DNA of 64,000 nt from Polyangiales bacterium. Its GTDB lineage: Bacteria; Myxococcota_A; Polyangia; Polyangiales; JADJQN01. The position numbers were made by a program, and so were the translations under genes. Location of the stretch: NCBI GenBank assembly GCA_964202905.1, contig CAXNJO010000013.1, positions 1-64,000 on the forward strand, read 5' to 3'. The notes under the pieces were generated by a model. The model made no database searches. It was given only the letters and a program-made list of their open reading frames with translations, and was not told the origin of the DNA. This document shows positions 50,030 through 60,912 of the stretch, one piece after another; positions within the stretch are counted from its first letter, which is position 1; each line of letters opens with the position of its first letter.

Positions 50030-51358
50030 ATGTCCGCGCCCCCTGCCGCCCTGCCCCGCCCGCACGACGACGCCGCCGACGACCTGCTCGCGTACGTCGA
50101 CGCCTCGCCCACCGCCTACCACGCCTGCGCCGAGTCCGTGCGCCGCCTCGCGGCCGCGGGCTTCCGCGCGCTCGACGAGCGCGAGCCGTGGAGCCTCGCG
50201 CCGGGGGACAAGGTCTACCTCACGCGTGGCGACTCGAGCGTGCTCGCCTTCGTGATCGGCGCCGTCCCGCCCGATCGCGCAGGCTTCCACCTCGTCGGCG
50301 CGCACACCGACTCGCCGAACCTCCGCCTCAAGCCGCGCCCCGAGGTCACCCGCCACGGCCTGCACACGCTCGGCGTCGAGCCGTACGGCGGCGTGCTCTT
50401 TCACACCTGGCTCGACCGCGATCTCTCGATCGCCGGCCGCGTGCTCGTGCAGCGAGAAGGCCGCATCGTGCCGCGACTCGTGCGCTTCGAGCGGCCGCTC
50501 GCGCGCATCCCGAGCCTCGCTATCCACCTGAACCGCACCGTCAACCAAGATGGTCTGATCCTGAACGCGCAGCAGCACCTGCCTCCGCTCGTCGGCCTCG
50601 AGGCGCTCGGACCACTCGACCTGCGCGAGCTCCTCGCGGCGCGCCTGTCGGAGACGGGCGACGCGGCATCGGCCGCGGACATCCTCGGCTTCGACCTCGC
50701 GCTGCACGACGTCGTGCCCTCCACGCGCTCGGGGCTCCGCGGCGAGCTCCTCCACGCGCCGCGCCTCGACAACCTCGCGAGCTGCCACGGCGCGCTCTCG
50801 GCCTTCCTCGCCGTCGACGGCCCGCGCGACGCGACCCGCGGCGTCGTGCTCTACGACCACGAAGAGTGCGGCAGCCGCAGCGCGCAGGGCGCCGACTCGC
50901 CGCTGCTCCGCACCACGCTCGAGCGCATCGTCCTCGCCGGCGAGCACCAGGCCGACTCGCTCCACCGCGCGCTCGCGCGCAGCTTCTTCATCTCCGCGGA
51001 CATGGCGCACGCCGTGCACCCCAACTACGCCGACAAGCACGAGCCCGCGCACATGCCGCACCTCGGCCGCGGCCCCGTCATCAAGAGCAACGCGAGCCAG
51101 AGCTACGCGACCGACGGCGAGAGTTGGGCGACGTTCACCGCGCTCTGCCGCCGCGCCGACGTCGTCCCGCAGCACTTCGTGACGCGCTCGGACATCGGCT
51201 GCGGCTCGACCATCGGGCCGATCACCGCGGCGCTCCTCGGCGTGCGCACGGTCGACGTCGGCAGCCCGATGTTGTCGATGCACAGCGCGCGCGAACTCTG
51301 CGCCGCGAGCGACGTCGGCCGCATGATCGCGGTGCTCCGCGCGTTCTTCGCGTCCTGA
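50030..51358 (+). CDS. M18-family (aspartyl) aminopeptidase
   Basis: GAHTDSP, YGG...TWLDRDL, LAIHL, RLDNL, DHEECGS, SADMAHAVHPNY, CGSTIGP, LSMHSARE. Confidence 0.95.
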   Translation: MSAPPAALPRPHDDAADDLLAYVDASPTAYHACAESVRRLAAAGFRALDEREPWSLAPGDKVYLTRGDSSVLAFVIGAVPPDRAGFHLVGAHTDSPNLRLKPRPEVTRHGLHTLGVEPYGGVLFHTWLDRDLSIAGRVLVQREGRIVPRLVRFERPLARIPSLAIHLNRTVNQDGLILNAQQHLPPLVGLEALGPLDLRELLAARLSETGDAASAADILGFDLALHDVVPSTRSGLRGELLHAPRLDNLASCHGALSAFLAVDGPRDATRGVVLYDHEECGSRSAQGADSPLLRTTLERIVLAGEHQADSLHRALARSFFISADMAHAVHPNYADKHEPAHMPHLGRGPVIKSNASQSYATDGESWATFTALCRRADVVPQHFVTRSDIGCGSTIGPITAALLGVRTVDVGSPMLSMHSARELCAASDVGRMIAVLRAFFAS

Positions 51359-51379
51359 CCCCGACGAGCGCGCGCGGGC

Positions 51380-53356
51380 TCAGCCGCAGCGGCCGAAGCG
51401 GCAGCGCTGGCCGCGGCCGCACACGTTCCCGCAGCCGCCGCAGTTGAAGCGGTCGCGGCGGATGTTCGTGCACGTCCCGCCGCAGTCGACGGCGGGCGCG
51501 CTGCACGCGCAGGAGCCGCCGATGCACGAGAACGTCGCGGCGCAGGCATTGCCGCACGCGCCGCAGTTGAGCGGGCTCGCGGTGATGTCGACGCACACGG
51601 TCCCGCAGACGAGCAGCGAGCCCGGGCACGCGCAGCGCCCGCCCGTGCAGGGCACGCCGCTCGGGCACGCGACGCCGCAGCCGCCGCAGTTCGCAGGGTC
51701 GGTCTGCGTCGCGACGCACTCCGCGCCGCAGAGCGTGCGGTCGACCGGGCACATCGTGCTCGCGCAGCTCCCGGCCTCGCACGTCTCGCCCGCGGCGCAC
51801 GCGACGCCGCACGCGCCGCAGTTCGTGGGATCGCTCGTCGTGTCCACGCAGTCGATGCCGCACGTGGTCGTCCCCGCGGGGCACGGCGTGGCGCACACGC
51901 CCGCCTCGCAGCGCGTGCCGAGCGGGCACGTCGCGCCGCACGCACCGCAGTTCAACGAGTCGGTCGCGAGGTCGACGCAGCCCGCGCTGCCGCACTCGGT
52001 CGTCGGCGGCGCGCACACGACGCGGCACGCGCCGCCCTCGCACGTCTCGCCCGCCCCGCACGCGACACCGCACGCGCCGCAGTTCCGCGCGTCGGAGCCC
52101 GTATCGACGCACACGCCGTCGCACGACGTGAGCGGCGCCATGCAGCGCGTGTCGACGCAGCGGCCGCTCGCGCAGGTCTCACCGGCCGCGCACGCGTTGC
52201 CGCATGCGCCGCAGTTCACCGGGTCGCTGCCGAGGTCGCGGCAGCCCGCGCCGCAGAGCACCGTCGGCGCGGCGCACGGCGGGAAGCACGTGCCGAAGCC
52301 GCACAACTCACCGGCCGCGCAGCGATTCCCGCAGCCGCCGCAATTCAGCGGATCCACGCGAAAATCCGTGCATCCGCCGCCGCACGCGACGAGCGGCGCG
52401 GTGCACGCGCCGACGCACGAGCGGAACTGGCAGAGTTCTCCAGCCGCGCACGTGTCGCCGCAGCCGCCGCAGTTCGCCGGGTCCGTGGTGACGTTCGCGC
52501 ACGTCCCGCCACAGCGCTCGGTCGGGAAGGGGCACGTCACGGTGCACGTCCCGAGCGCGCACGCCGCGCCCGCCGGGCACGCGGCGCCGCACGCGCCGCA
52601 GTTCGCGGGATCGCTCGCGGTGTCCACACACGCGCCGCCGCAGTCGATGCGCGGCGCGGCGCATTCGGTCGCGCAGAAGCCGCCCGAGCAGAGCTCTCCC
52701 GCCGCGCAGGCGTTCCCGCAGGCGCCGCAGTTCGCCGGGTCGCTGAGCGCATCGACGCACGCCCCGGCACAGTCGACGAGCGGCGCCACGCAGACCGCCG
52801 CGCACGCGCCGCCGCTGCACACCGCGCCGTCCACGCACGCGATCCCGCACCCGCCGCAGTTCGCGGGATCGGTGCGCGCATCCACGCAGCCCACCCCGTC
52901 GCAGAAGGACTCGCCGGGCGTGCACACGGGCGTGCACACGCCGCCCATGCACGCGCTGTCCGCCGCGCAGATCACGCCGCAAGCCCCGCAATTCAAGGCG
53001 TCGGACGCCGTGTCGACACAGCCGCCCGCGCAGGCGAGCGTCCCGGGCGGGCACGTCTCCACGCACGCGCCGTCCGCGCAGACCGTGCCCACGCACACGC
53101 TGTCACATGCGCCGCAATGCTGCGGATCCGTCGCGGGATCCACGCACACGTCGCCGCAGGCGATGCGAGGCGCCGGACACACGATCGGGCCCCCGTCGAC
53201 CCCGAGATCGTCCCCGCCATCGAGACCGCCGTCCCCGCCGAGATCGCGGCGCGGCGCGCTCCCGTCGGCGAAGAGATCGGGCACCGTCCGGCCGCAGCCG
53301 ACGGCGAGCATCCAGCACGAGACGAAGAGCGAAGCCAGGGCGAAGCGGGCGCGCAT
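51380..53356 (-). CDS. Lipoprotein made of 14 Cys-rich repeats (CxDxxxDPxNCGxCGxxC; STIG1/MXAN_6577-like)
   Basis: Lipobox AVGC; 14 countable (N/H)CG(A/G)C units of ~43 aa; no catalytic domain. Confidence 0.88.
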   Translation of the reverse strand: MRARFALASLFVSCWMLAVGCGRTVPDLFADGSAPRRDLGGDGGLDGGDDLGVDGGPIVCPAPRIACGDVCVDPATDPQHCGACDSVCVGTVCADGACVETCPPGTLACAGGCVDTASDALNCGACGVICAADSACMGGVCTPVCTPGESFCDGVGCVDARTDPANCGGCGIACVDGAVCSGGACAAVCVAPLVDCAGACVDALSDPANCGACGNACAAGELCSGGFCATECAAPRIDCGGACVDTASDPANCGACGAACPAGAACALGTCTVTCPFPTERCGGTCANVTTDPANCGGCGDTCAAGELCQFRSCVGACTAPLVACGGGCTDFRVDPLNCGGCGNRCAAGELCGFGTCFPPCAAPTVLCGAGCRDLGSDPVNCGACGNACAAGETCASGRCVDTRCMAPLTSCDGVCVDTGSDARNCGACGVACGAGETCEGGACRVVCAPPTTECGSAGCVDLATDSLNCGACGATCPLGTRCEAGVCATPCPAGTTTCGIDCVDTTSDPTNCGACGVACAAGETCEAGSCASTMCPVDRTLCGAECVATQTDPANCGGCGVACPSGVPCTGGRCACPGSLLVCGTVCVDITASPLNCGACGNACAATFSCIGGSCACSAPAVDCGGTCTNIRRDRFNCGGCGNVCGRGQRCRFGRCG

Positions 53357-53500
53357 CGGGACCTCCGAAGGGCGGAGCATGACGGGGGCGAGCGCGCGTT
53401 GCGCGCCGCAAGTGGGAGTCATCGTGTCCCGCGCGCGGGACTGCGTCGAGGGCGCGCCGCGCGGGCGCGACGCCTCGAACGGCCCCGCGCGACCGACGCG

Positions 53501-54475
53501 CTAGCGGCGCCGCGGCTCGAGCGGGTAGATGCGCCGCCCGTCTTGTTCATGACCCGGCAGGACACGCAGGAAATCCAAGCGGATCGCCTTCCGCACGCCA
53601 CTCGGCAGGCGGATCACGAGCGCGCCCTCCGCGTCCTCGCCCTCCACGCGACACAACCCGAACTGCTTGTGCGCGACCCAGTCGCCCGGCTCGGGGATCG
53701 GCTCGTCGGCGTCGGACTCGGCGGCCCGCTTCTTCTCGGGGATCGGCTGCGTGGAGAAGGCGGTCTCGACGACGCGCTCCGGCGGAAGCTGCGGCACGCG
53801 CGCCCGCGGCGCCTCCCGCCCTCGCTCCTCGCCCCAGCCGCTGCGGGGCGCGGAGCCCCGCGCCGGGGTCGGTCGCGCCTGCCCCGGCCGCGACGCCGCG
53901 CGCTCCGCTTCCGCACGATCGGACTCGAGGCGCTCGGCCTCGATCGCAGCGGCCGCCCACCCGAGCTGCGCCGGGGACGACGCGACCGCCGCGGTCGAGC
54001 GACCGCGCCAGAGCGGCAATCCCGTCGCGTCCTCGGGCATGCGCTCGAGCACCACATCGTCGAAGACCTCGACGACGAACTCGACCGCGAGCGCGACCGC
54101 CGCGCGCAACTCTCCGCCCACGAGCGCCCCGACGACGGGCGCCGCGAGAGTGCCGAGCGCCCCGCCTTCGGTCGCCTCGCCCTGCGACGGCACGAGCAGC
54201 GCGTGCGCATGCGCGAAGGGCAGCGCCCCGAGCCGCGAGAGATTGCCGGTGATCTGCACGGCCGTGCACGGGCCGACGCGCCGCGGAAGCGAGTGCCGCT
54301 TCGTCGCGGCGTCGTAGACGACGAGCTCGGCAGACTCGAGCGGCCCCGTCGCCTGAAACCACGCGCTCGTGAAGCGCTGGTGCAGCGCCAGCTCGGCGAG
54401 CGCGTCGAGCACGCTCTCCCCGCGCTCGAGTCGACCCACGATCCGACGCGTCCGGTGGGCCTCGAAGACGATCAT
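53501..54475 (-). CDS. PPC (DUF296) domain protein with a C-terminal Tudor/SH3-like domain
   Basis: IVGRLERGE..L..L, GNLS, HAHA (PPC). C-terminus EPGDWVAHKQFGLCRV. Confidence 0.75.
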   Translation of the reverse strand: MIVFEAHRTRRIVGRLERGESVLDALAELALHQRFTSAWFQATGPLESAELVVYDAATKRHSLPRRVGPCTAVQITGNLSRLGALPFAHAHALLVPSQGEATEGGALGTLAAPVVGALVGGELRAAVALAVEFVVEVFDDVVLERMPEDATGLPLWRGRSTAAVASSPAQLGWAAAAIEAERLESDRAEAERAASRPGQARPTPARGSAPRSGWGEERGREAPRARVPQLPPERVVETAFSTQPIPEKKRAAESDADEPIPEPGDWVAHKQFGLCRVEGEDAEGALVIRLPSGVRKAIRLDFLRVLPGHEQDGRRIYPLEPRRR

Positions 54476-54570
54476 CGCGCGGCTGTTAGCATGCGCCCCC
54501 GCAGACCGCGAGCGCGCCTGGCCGGCCCCCTCGCCTTCGCGCGCGCCCCGCGGTAGAAGCCCGCGACATC

Positions 54571-55869
<1,299 letters not shown>

Positions 55870-56003
55870 GCCTGCGCCAATCTACGCGCACGCGCGTCCC
55901 AAGTCGGCTCCACGGACACGCGCCGCGGGGCGGCCGCTTGGGCGCATGTTCCGTCGTTGCCTGGGCGCGTACCGGTCACCGGCCGTGAGTCACCCGCCGC
56001 GGG

Positions 56004-56807
56004 TCACTCGTCGCGGGTCACTCGACGCGTCGCGGGCGGGGTCGAGTTCCGCTCCTCGCGGCGCCGCCGCTGCTCGTCGAGCCGCTTCTCCTTGGCCTCG
56101 ACCGCCTCCACGAAGAGCTTCACGTACTCGCCCGCGCTGGTGATGGCGAAGAACACGCTGCCGTAGAGCAGCACGAGCCCGACCTCGTGCAGGTTTGCGT
56201 GCGCCGTCATGAAGACGAAGTCGAGATCGTACGTGTGGTGCAGAACGAGGAAGAGCACCGCGACCATCTGCAGCGCGGCCTTCTCCTTGCCGCCCTGGCT
56301 CGCGGCGATGACGACCCCCTCGGCCACCGCGATCGTGCGCAGCGACGTGATGCTCAGCTCGCGGGCCACGATGAGGATCGTCGCCCACGCGGGCACGCGC
56401 CCCATATCCGTCATGACGACGAGCAGCGCCATGATCAGCAGCTTGTCGGCGAGCGGGTCGAGCAGCTGGCCGAAGACGCTGATGACCCCGCGCCGCCGCG
56501 CGAGCCAACCATCGAGCGCGTCGGTCGCGGCCGCCGCCGCGTAGACCCAGGCCGCCCAGTAGTTCATCACGGGTCGGCCGTCGTAGACGAGCCAGAGCAC
56601 CACCGGGATCGCCACGACGCGCAGCATCGTGAAGAAGTTCGGCAGGTTGAACGCGTCGTCGCGGATGGAACGCCGCGGCGCGAGCGGCGGCCTCGGCTTG
56701 CGCGCGCGGCGCCCCTTCTTCCCGCGCTCGAGCGGAAGTTCGGTGGACGAGGACGCGGCCTGCGGACCGGACGGCGACGACGCCGCGGATGGACTGGGGT
56801 CGCGCAT
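56004..56807 (-). CDS. pgsA: CDP-diacylglycerol--glycerol-3-phosphate 3-phosphatidyltransferase
   Basis: NLPNFFTMLR, TDALDGWLARR....S.FGQLLDPLADK, ARE..ITSLR, GK.K. Confidence 0.9.
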   Translation of the reverse strand: MRDPSPSAASSPSGPQAASSSTELPLERGKKGRRARKPRPPLAPRRSIRDDAFNLPNFFTMLRVVAIPVVLWLVYDGRPVMNYWAAWVYAAAAATDALDGWLARRRGVISVFGQLLDPLADKLLIMALLVVMTDMGRVPAWATILIVARELSITSLRTIAVAEGVVIAASQGGKEKAALQMVAVLFLVLHHTYDLDFVFMTAHANLHEVGLVLLYGSVFFAITSAGEYVKLFVEAVEAKEKRLDEQRRRREERNSTPPATRRVTRDE

Positions 56808-56951
56808 CGGGTGGGCGCCGAGCGTAGGCAGCGCGTCGGGGGTCGTCAATTCGCACGCGCAGCGCACGTCCCGACGGCCCCGCACGCGGGTCACGCGAGG
56901 TCGATGCGCGCACTCGCGAGGAGCGCCGGGGCGTGTCAGCGTTGCGCGCCC

Positions 56952-57218
56952 ATGTCCCCGTCGCGCGCGGCGCTCGCCGCCACCGTCCTCGTCGCGTCGC
57001 TCCTCGCGCACGCCGCCCTCCCGGCGCCGGGCGCGGGTGCACAGGCGATCGCGCCCACGCCGGGCGCCACGCGCACCTCGCTCGTGCGGCCGCCCCACGG
57101 CTCGTGGCGACGCGGCCTCTGGTCGGTCCCAGCCCCCGCTGCCGTCGTGCTCGGCGGCCTCGTGGTCGCCGCCGCCGCGGCCGCACTCATCCACCGCGCC
57201 CGGAGCCCACGCCGATGA
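56952..57218 (+). CDS. Small membrane protein, 88 aa
   Basis: Signal-like N-terminus, C-terminal TM plus basic tail; ATGA overlap with the next gene. Confidence 0.5.
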   Translation: MSPSRAALAATVLVASLLAHAALPAPGAGAQAIAPTPGATRTSLVRPPHGSWRRGLWSVPAPAAVVLGGLVVAAAAAALIHRARSPRR

Positions 57219-58246
57219 CCCCCCCGCCCACGCCCGACATCGCTGCCCCGACGTCGGAGCCCCCGGCGCCCCACGCCGGGCCGACCACGCCCGCGGCGCC
57301 GGGAAACCTCACGCGTCGCCTCGTGATCGCGACGCTCCTCGGCGGCTTCGTCTTCGTCGCGCTCGCGCTCTACACGGACCTCGGCAAGCTCACCGCGAAC
57401 CTCTCGGCCTTCGACGGCGGCGCCCTCTGGCTCGCCGTCCTCCTCGCGAGCGCGAACTACGCGCTCCGCTTCGCGCGCTGGCAGTACTACCTGCATCGCC
57501 TCGAGGTCGCGGTCCCCGTCGGCGAGAGCGCGCTCATTTTCCTCGCCGGCTTCGTGATGAGCGTCACGCCCGGGAAGGTGGGCGAGATGTTCAAGTCGCT
57601 CCTCCTCTTCGAGTCGCGCGGGACCTCGATCGCGCGCACGGCGCCGATCGTGGTCGCCGAGCGCCTCACCGATCTCGTCGCGCTGGTGGTCCTCTGTGCG
57701 CTCGGCTCGTTGTCGTTCGCGTCCGGCCCACGCATCGCGCTCGTGTTCGGTCTGCTCGTCGCCGCGATCCTCACGACGTGCGCGTACCGCCCGCTCGGCG
57801 AGCTCGGCCTCCGCATCGCGGCCCGTCTCCCGCTCATCGGCAAGTTCGCGCCGCGTCTCCGCGACGCCTACGAGAGCCTCCACACCCTGACGCGCCCCGC
57901 GCCCCTCGCGGTGGGCACCACGCTCGCAGTGGCCGCCTGGGCGCTCGAGGCGCTCGGTCTGTGGGTGATCGTGCGCGGCTTCCCGGGCTGCGCCATCTCG
58001 CTCGCGGCGAGCGCGTTCACCTACGCGACCTCGACGATCGCAGGCGCCCTCGCGATGATGCCCGGCGGCCTCGGCGTCACCGAAGCCGGCATGACGGGCA
58101 TGCTGCAGGCGCTCGGCGGCAGCGCGGTGACCCCCTCGATCGCGACCGCCGCCACGATCCTCGTCCGCATCGCGACGCTCTGGTGGGCGGTCGCCGTCGG
58201 CGCCGCGGCGCTCGCCCTCTTCCGCCGCCGTGCGCGACGCGACTGA
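57215..58246 (+). CDS. Lysylphosphatidylglycerol-synthase TM / flippase-like (UPF0104) protein
   Basis: LRFARW, TPGKVGE, AERLTD, PGGLGVTEA, L.R..T.W. Confidence 0.88.
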   Translation: MTPPPTPDIAAPTSEPPAPHAGPTTPAAPGNLTRRLVIATLLGGFVFVALALYTDLGKLTANLSAFDGGALWLAVLLASANYALRFARWQYYLHRLEVAVPVGESALIFLAGFVMSVTPGKVGEMFKSLLLFESRGTSIARTAPIVVAERLTDLVALVVLCALGSLSFASGPRIALVFGLLVAAILTTCAYRPLGELGLRIAARLPLIGKFAPRLRDAYESLHTLTRPAPLAVGTTLAVAAWALEALGLWVIVRGFPGCAISLAASAFTYATSTIAGALAMMPGGLGVTEAGMTGMLQALGGSAVTPSIATAATILVRIATLWWAVAVGAAALALFRRRARRD

Positions 58247-58520
58247 GCGCCGGCCGTGACCACGCCTCGGCGGGGCCGCCCGGCGACGTCCCGGCGCGGA
58301 GCCCGCGCGGAGGCGTGCGCGACGGTGACAGTGATGCCCCGACACGCGCATCTCCCCTGAAACACGGGACTTCCGGGCCAGCGCGCGCCCCTCGTATCCC
58401 TTGCGTCGCCGGGGGGCGCCAGCTAGCTTCCGCCGCCGCTCACGCTCCGACGAGCCGCACTCCCCGCGCGGGCCGCAGCGCCGCGCGGCCGCCCGCCCCA
58501 CGACGCGGGCGCCCTCGCCC

Positions 58521-59522
58521 ATGACGCACGCACCACCCCAGCACCCGCGCGTCGATGCGCCGCGCCAGGCTCTCGCGGTGCTTGCGCGGGCGCCCGGCGC
58601 GACGCTCCGCAACATGGCGGCGCACGACTGGCTGGCTGCAGGCTTTCACTTCGTCATGTGGGCGCGCGTCGCGTTCGCGCCGGACTCCCACGACGCCTCG
58701 GTCGCGCGGCGCGCGGCACTCGGGCTCTTCGCGTGCACCGCGCTCGTGCTCGTCCTGACGCGTGGCGAGGTCGTCCCCGCGGGCGCAGCGCGCGCGTTCC
58801 TCTATCGCCTCGGCCTCTTCGTGCCGACGTTCCTCTCCTACTTCGAGCTCCGCTATCTGCTGCCCGCCCTGCGCCCGCAGCTCCTCGACCTCCAGCTGCA
58901 CGCGCTCGACGCCGCGATCTTCGGCATCTCACCCGCGGTCTTCCTCGACCGCTTCGTGACGCCGGGCAGCACCGAGTGGTTCGCGTTTTTCTACTATTCC
59001 TATTTCTACATCCTCGCCGCGTACCTCACCGGCTCGATGTTCTTCGACCGCGACCGCCAGCGACTCGGCGAGATCATGGCCGGCGGCACGATCGTCGTCT
59101 GCACCACGCACTTCCTCTACACGCTGGTCCCGGGCATGGGTCCGCACGCCACGCTCGCCTTCGACCATGACCTGACCGGCGGTTTCTGGTGGGGCCTCGT
59201 GGCGAACACCGTCTCCGAGGGCGGCGCGCAACTCGACATCTTCCCCTCCCTCCACACCGCCTTCCCGTCGTTCTTTTTCCTCCACGCCCTCCGTCACCGT
59301 GCGGCGCCCGCCTTCGCGATCGCGTGGCCGGTCACCGGCTTCTTCGTCGCGAACATCATCATCGCGACGCTCTTCCTGCGCTGGCACTGGGGCGTCGACA
59401 TCGTCGCGGGACTCGCGCTCGCGACACTCGCCCACCGCCTCGGCGTGGCGATCGCCGCGCGAGAGTTCAGCCGAGAGCGCCACGGGCTCCAGGCCATCTG
59501 GGAGCCGCTACGAGGCAAGTGA
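58521..59522 (+). CDS. PAP2-superfamily membrane enzyme (AUR1/IPC-synthase-like)
   Basis: Multi-TM; YTLVPGMGP, DIFPSLHTA, LRWHWGVDIVAG. Confidence 0.85.
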   Translation: MTHAPPQHPRVDAPRQALAVLARAPGATLRNMAAHDWLAAGFHFVMWARVAFAPDSHDASVARRAALGLFACTALVLVLTRGEVVPAGAARAFLYRLGLFVPTFLSYFELRYLLPALRPQLLDLQLHALDAAIFGISPAVFLDRFVTPGSTEWFAFFYYSYFYILAAYLTGSMFFDRDRQRLGEIMAGGTIVVCTTHFLYTLVPGMGPHATLAFDHDLTGGFWWGLVANTVSEGGAQLDIFPSLHTAFPSFFFLHALRHRAAPAFAIAWPVTGFFVANIIIATLFLRWHWGVDIVAGLALATLAHRLGVAIAAREFSRERHGLQAIWEPLRGK

Positions 59523-59601
59523 CCGCAACATCCCGTGGCGCGTCGTCCTCCGGGCGCCCCACGCCGCAGACGGATCAGCAAGAGCCGCCCGCGACCCTGG
59601 G

Positions 59602-60429
59602 TCAGGGCGTGTGCACCGGATCAGGACCGCCGTACATCGGCTGCGGCAACGGCAGCGGCCCCGGGATGCGCTCCGCCGGAACAAGCCCCGAAAGGTCCCC
59701 GATCACGGCGCCCGTCGCGTCGGTGAACACCGCGTCGCGCCCATAGACCGTGTACACGCCGACCGTCCCCCCGAGCTCGGCACGCGGCAGGTCCGCTTCC
59801 CGGCGCAACATGACGTCCGCGCGGATCAGGTCGGGTGTGTCGAGATCGATCACGACGTCGTGCACCGACTCTCCCGGCGCGAGCGCGGACGCGCGGATCC
59901 AAGGCGTGAGAAGACCGCGCGCGCGCGTGATGATCGCCACGGGCCGCCCACCCGCCAGCGTCTGATACTCCACGCTGCCATCGGGACGCCGGTGGATGAG
60001 CGTCGGAATCGCCCCACGCAGTTCGTACAGCGCGATGTCCGGCTTTCCATCGCGCTGCGGCGTCACCGCAAGCGTGTTGCGGCGCCACACCCGGAGCGGC
60101 TTTCCCGAGGCGTCGTAGACGATCTCGAGATCCGTCAACTCGAGCGCGGTCTCGATCCGCGCCGTCGCCACCACGAGACAATCCCGCCGCCGAATCTCGT
60201 AACGCTCCAGGTAGCCCTGCCCCCGTGCGACGCCGGGACGCAAGGTCCCCGACGCGAGGACCTCACCCTCGGGCAGCGGGCCCCGACCGCAATCGGGATA
60301 GGGGATCCGCGCCACGTGTTCCACCGTCGTGCGCTTGGGGCCCTTGCAACCCGTCACGAGCGCCGCGCTCAGAAGCACGAACGCGCATCGCGCGAGCCAA
60401 CCAGCGTGGCCGCGGATGCGCGTGTTCAT
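59602..60429 (-). CDS. Hypothetical lipoprotein downstream of the oxidase operon
   Basis: AGGAG RBS; lipobox VTGC; 26 nt after subunit IV on the same strand. Confidence 0.78.
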   Translation of the reverse strand: MNTRIRGHAGWLARCAFVLLSAALVTGCKGPKRTTVEHVARIPYPDCGRGPLPEGEVLASGTLRPGVARGQGYLERYEIRRRDCLVVATARIETALELTDLEIVYDASGKPLRVWRRNTLAVTPQRDGKPDIALYELRGAIPTLIHRRPDGSVEYQTLAGGRPVAIITRARGLLTPWIRASALAPGESVHDVVIDLDTPDLIRADVMLRREADLPRAELGGTVGVYTVYGRDAVFTDATGAVIGDLSGLVPAERIPGPLPLPQPMYGGPDPVHTP

Positions 60430-60455
60430 GGCTACTCCTGTTTGCCGGGGGTGGG

Positions 60456-60902
60456 TCAGTGACCGCCGTGCGCGGCGCCCGCGCCGGGCTGGACGGCGCG
60501 CTCGACGACCGGCGGGCCGCCAGGCGCCCGCTCGCCCGTCGCATCGTTCACGTAGGCCCCCTGCATGCGCTCGACCTCACTCCGCCGACCAGTGTCGTTG
60601 AGCGTGTAGGCCAGGAAGACGCCTGCGAACAGCAGCGATCCGACGAAAATCAGCGCATTGAAGCGGTTGTCGTCCTTCAGGTGCATGAAGAACGTCACGA
60701 CGAGCGCGGCCTTCACGGTCGCGATGAGGATCGCGATGGCGAGGTTGAGCGGTCCGAGGTGGATGAGAGACAGCCCCACGGTCACGACCGTGAAGAAGAT
60801 GAGGGCAAGGAAGATCCCGACGTAGAGCCGGATCGACGAGATGTGCGCGTGGACTGCGCCGTCGTCGTGGGAGTCGTGGTCGTGCGAGGGATGGGCAGAC
60901 AT
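60456..60902 (-). CDS. Cytochrome c oxidase subunit IV (caa3 type)
   Basis: Y..IFLALIFFT..TV, IATVKAALV..FFMHLK.D. Confidence 0.9.
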   Translation of the reverse strand: MSAHPSHDHDSHDDGAVHAHISSIRLYVGIFLALIFFTVVTVGLSLIHLGPLNLAIAILIATVKAALVVTFFMHLKDDNRFNALIFVGSLLFAGVFLAYTLNDTGRRSEVERMQGAYVNDATGERAPGGPPVVERAVQPGAGAAHGGH

Positions 60903-60912
60903 GCTCGGCCTC

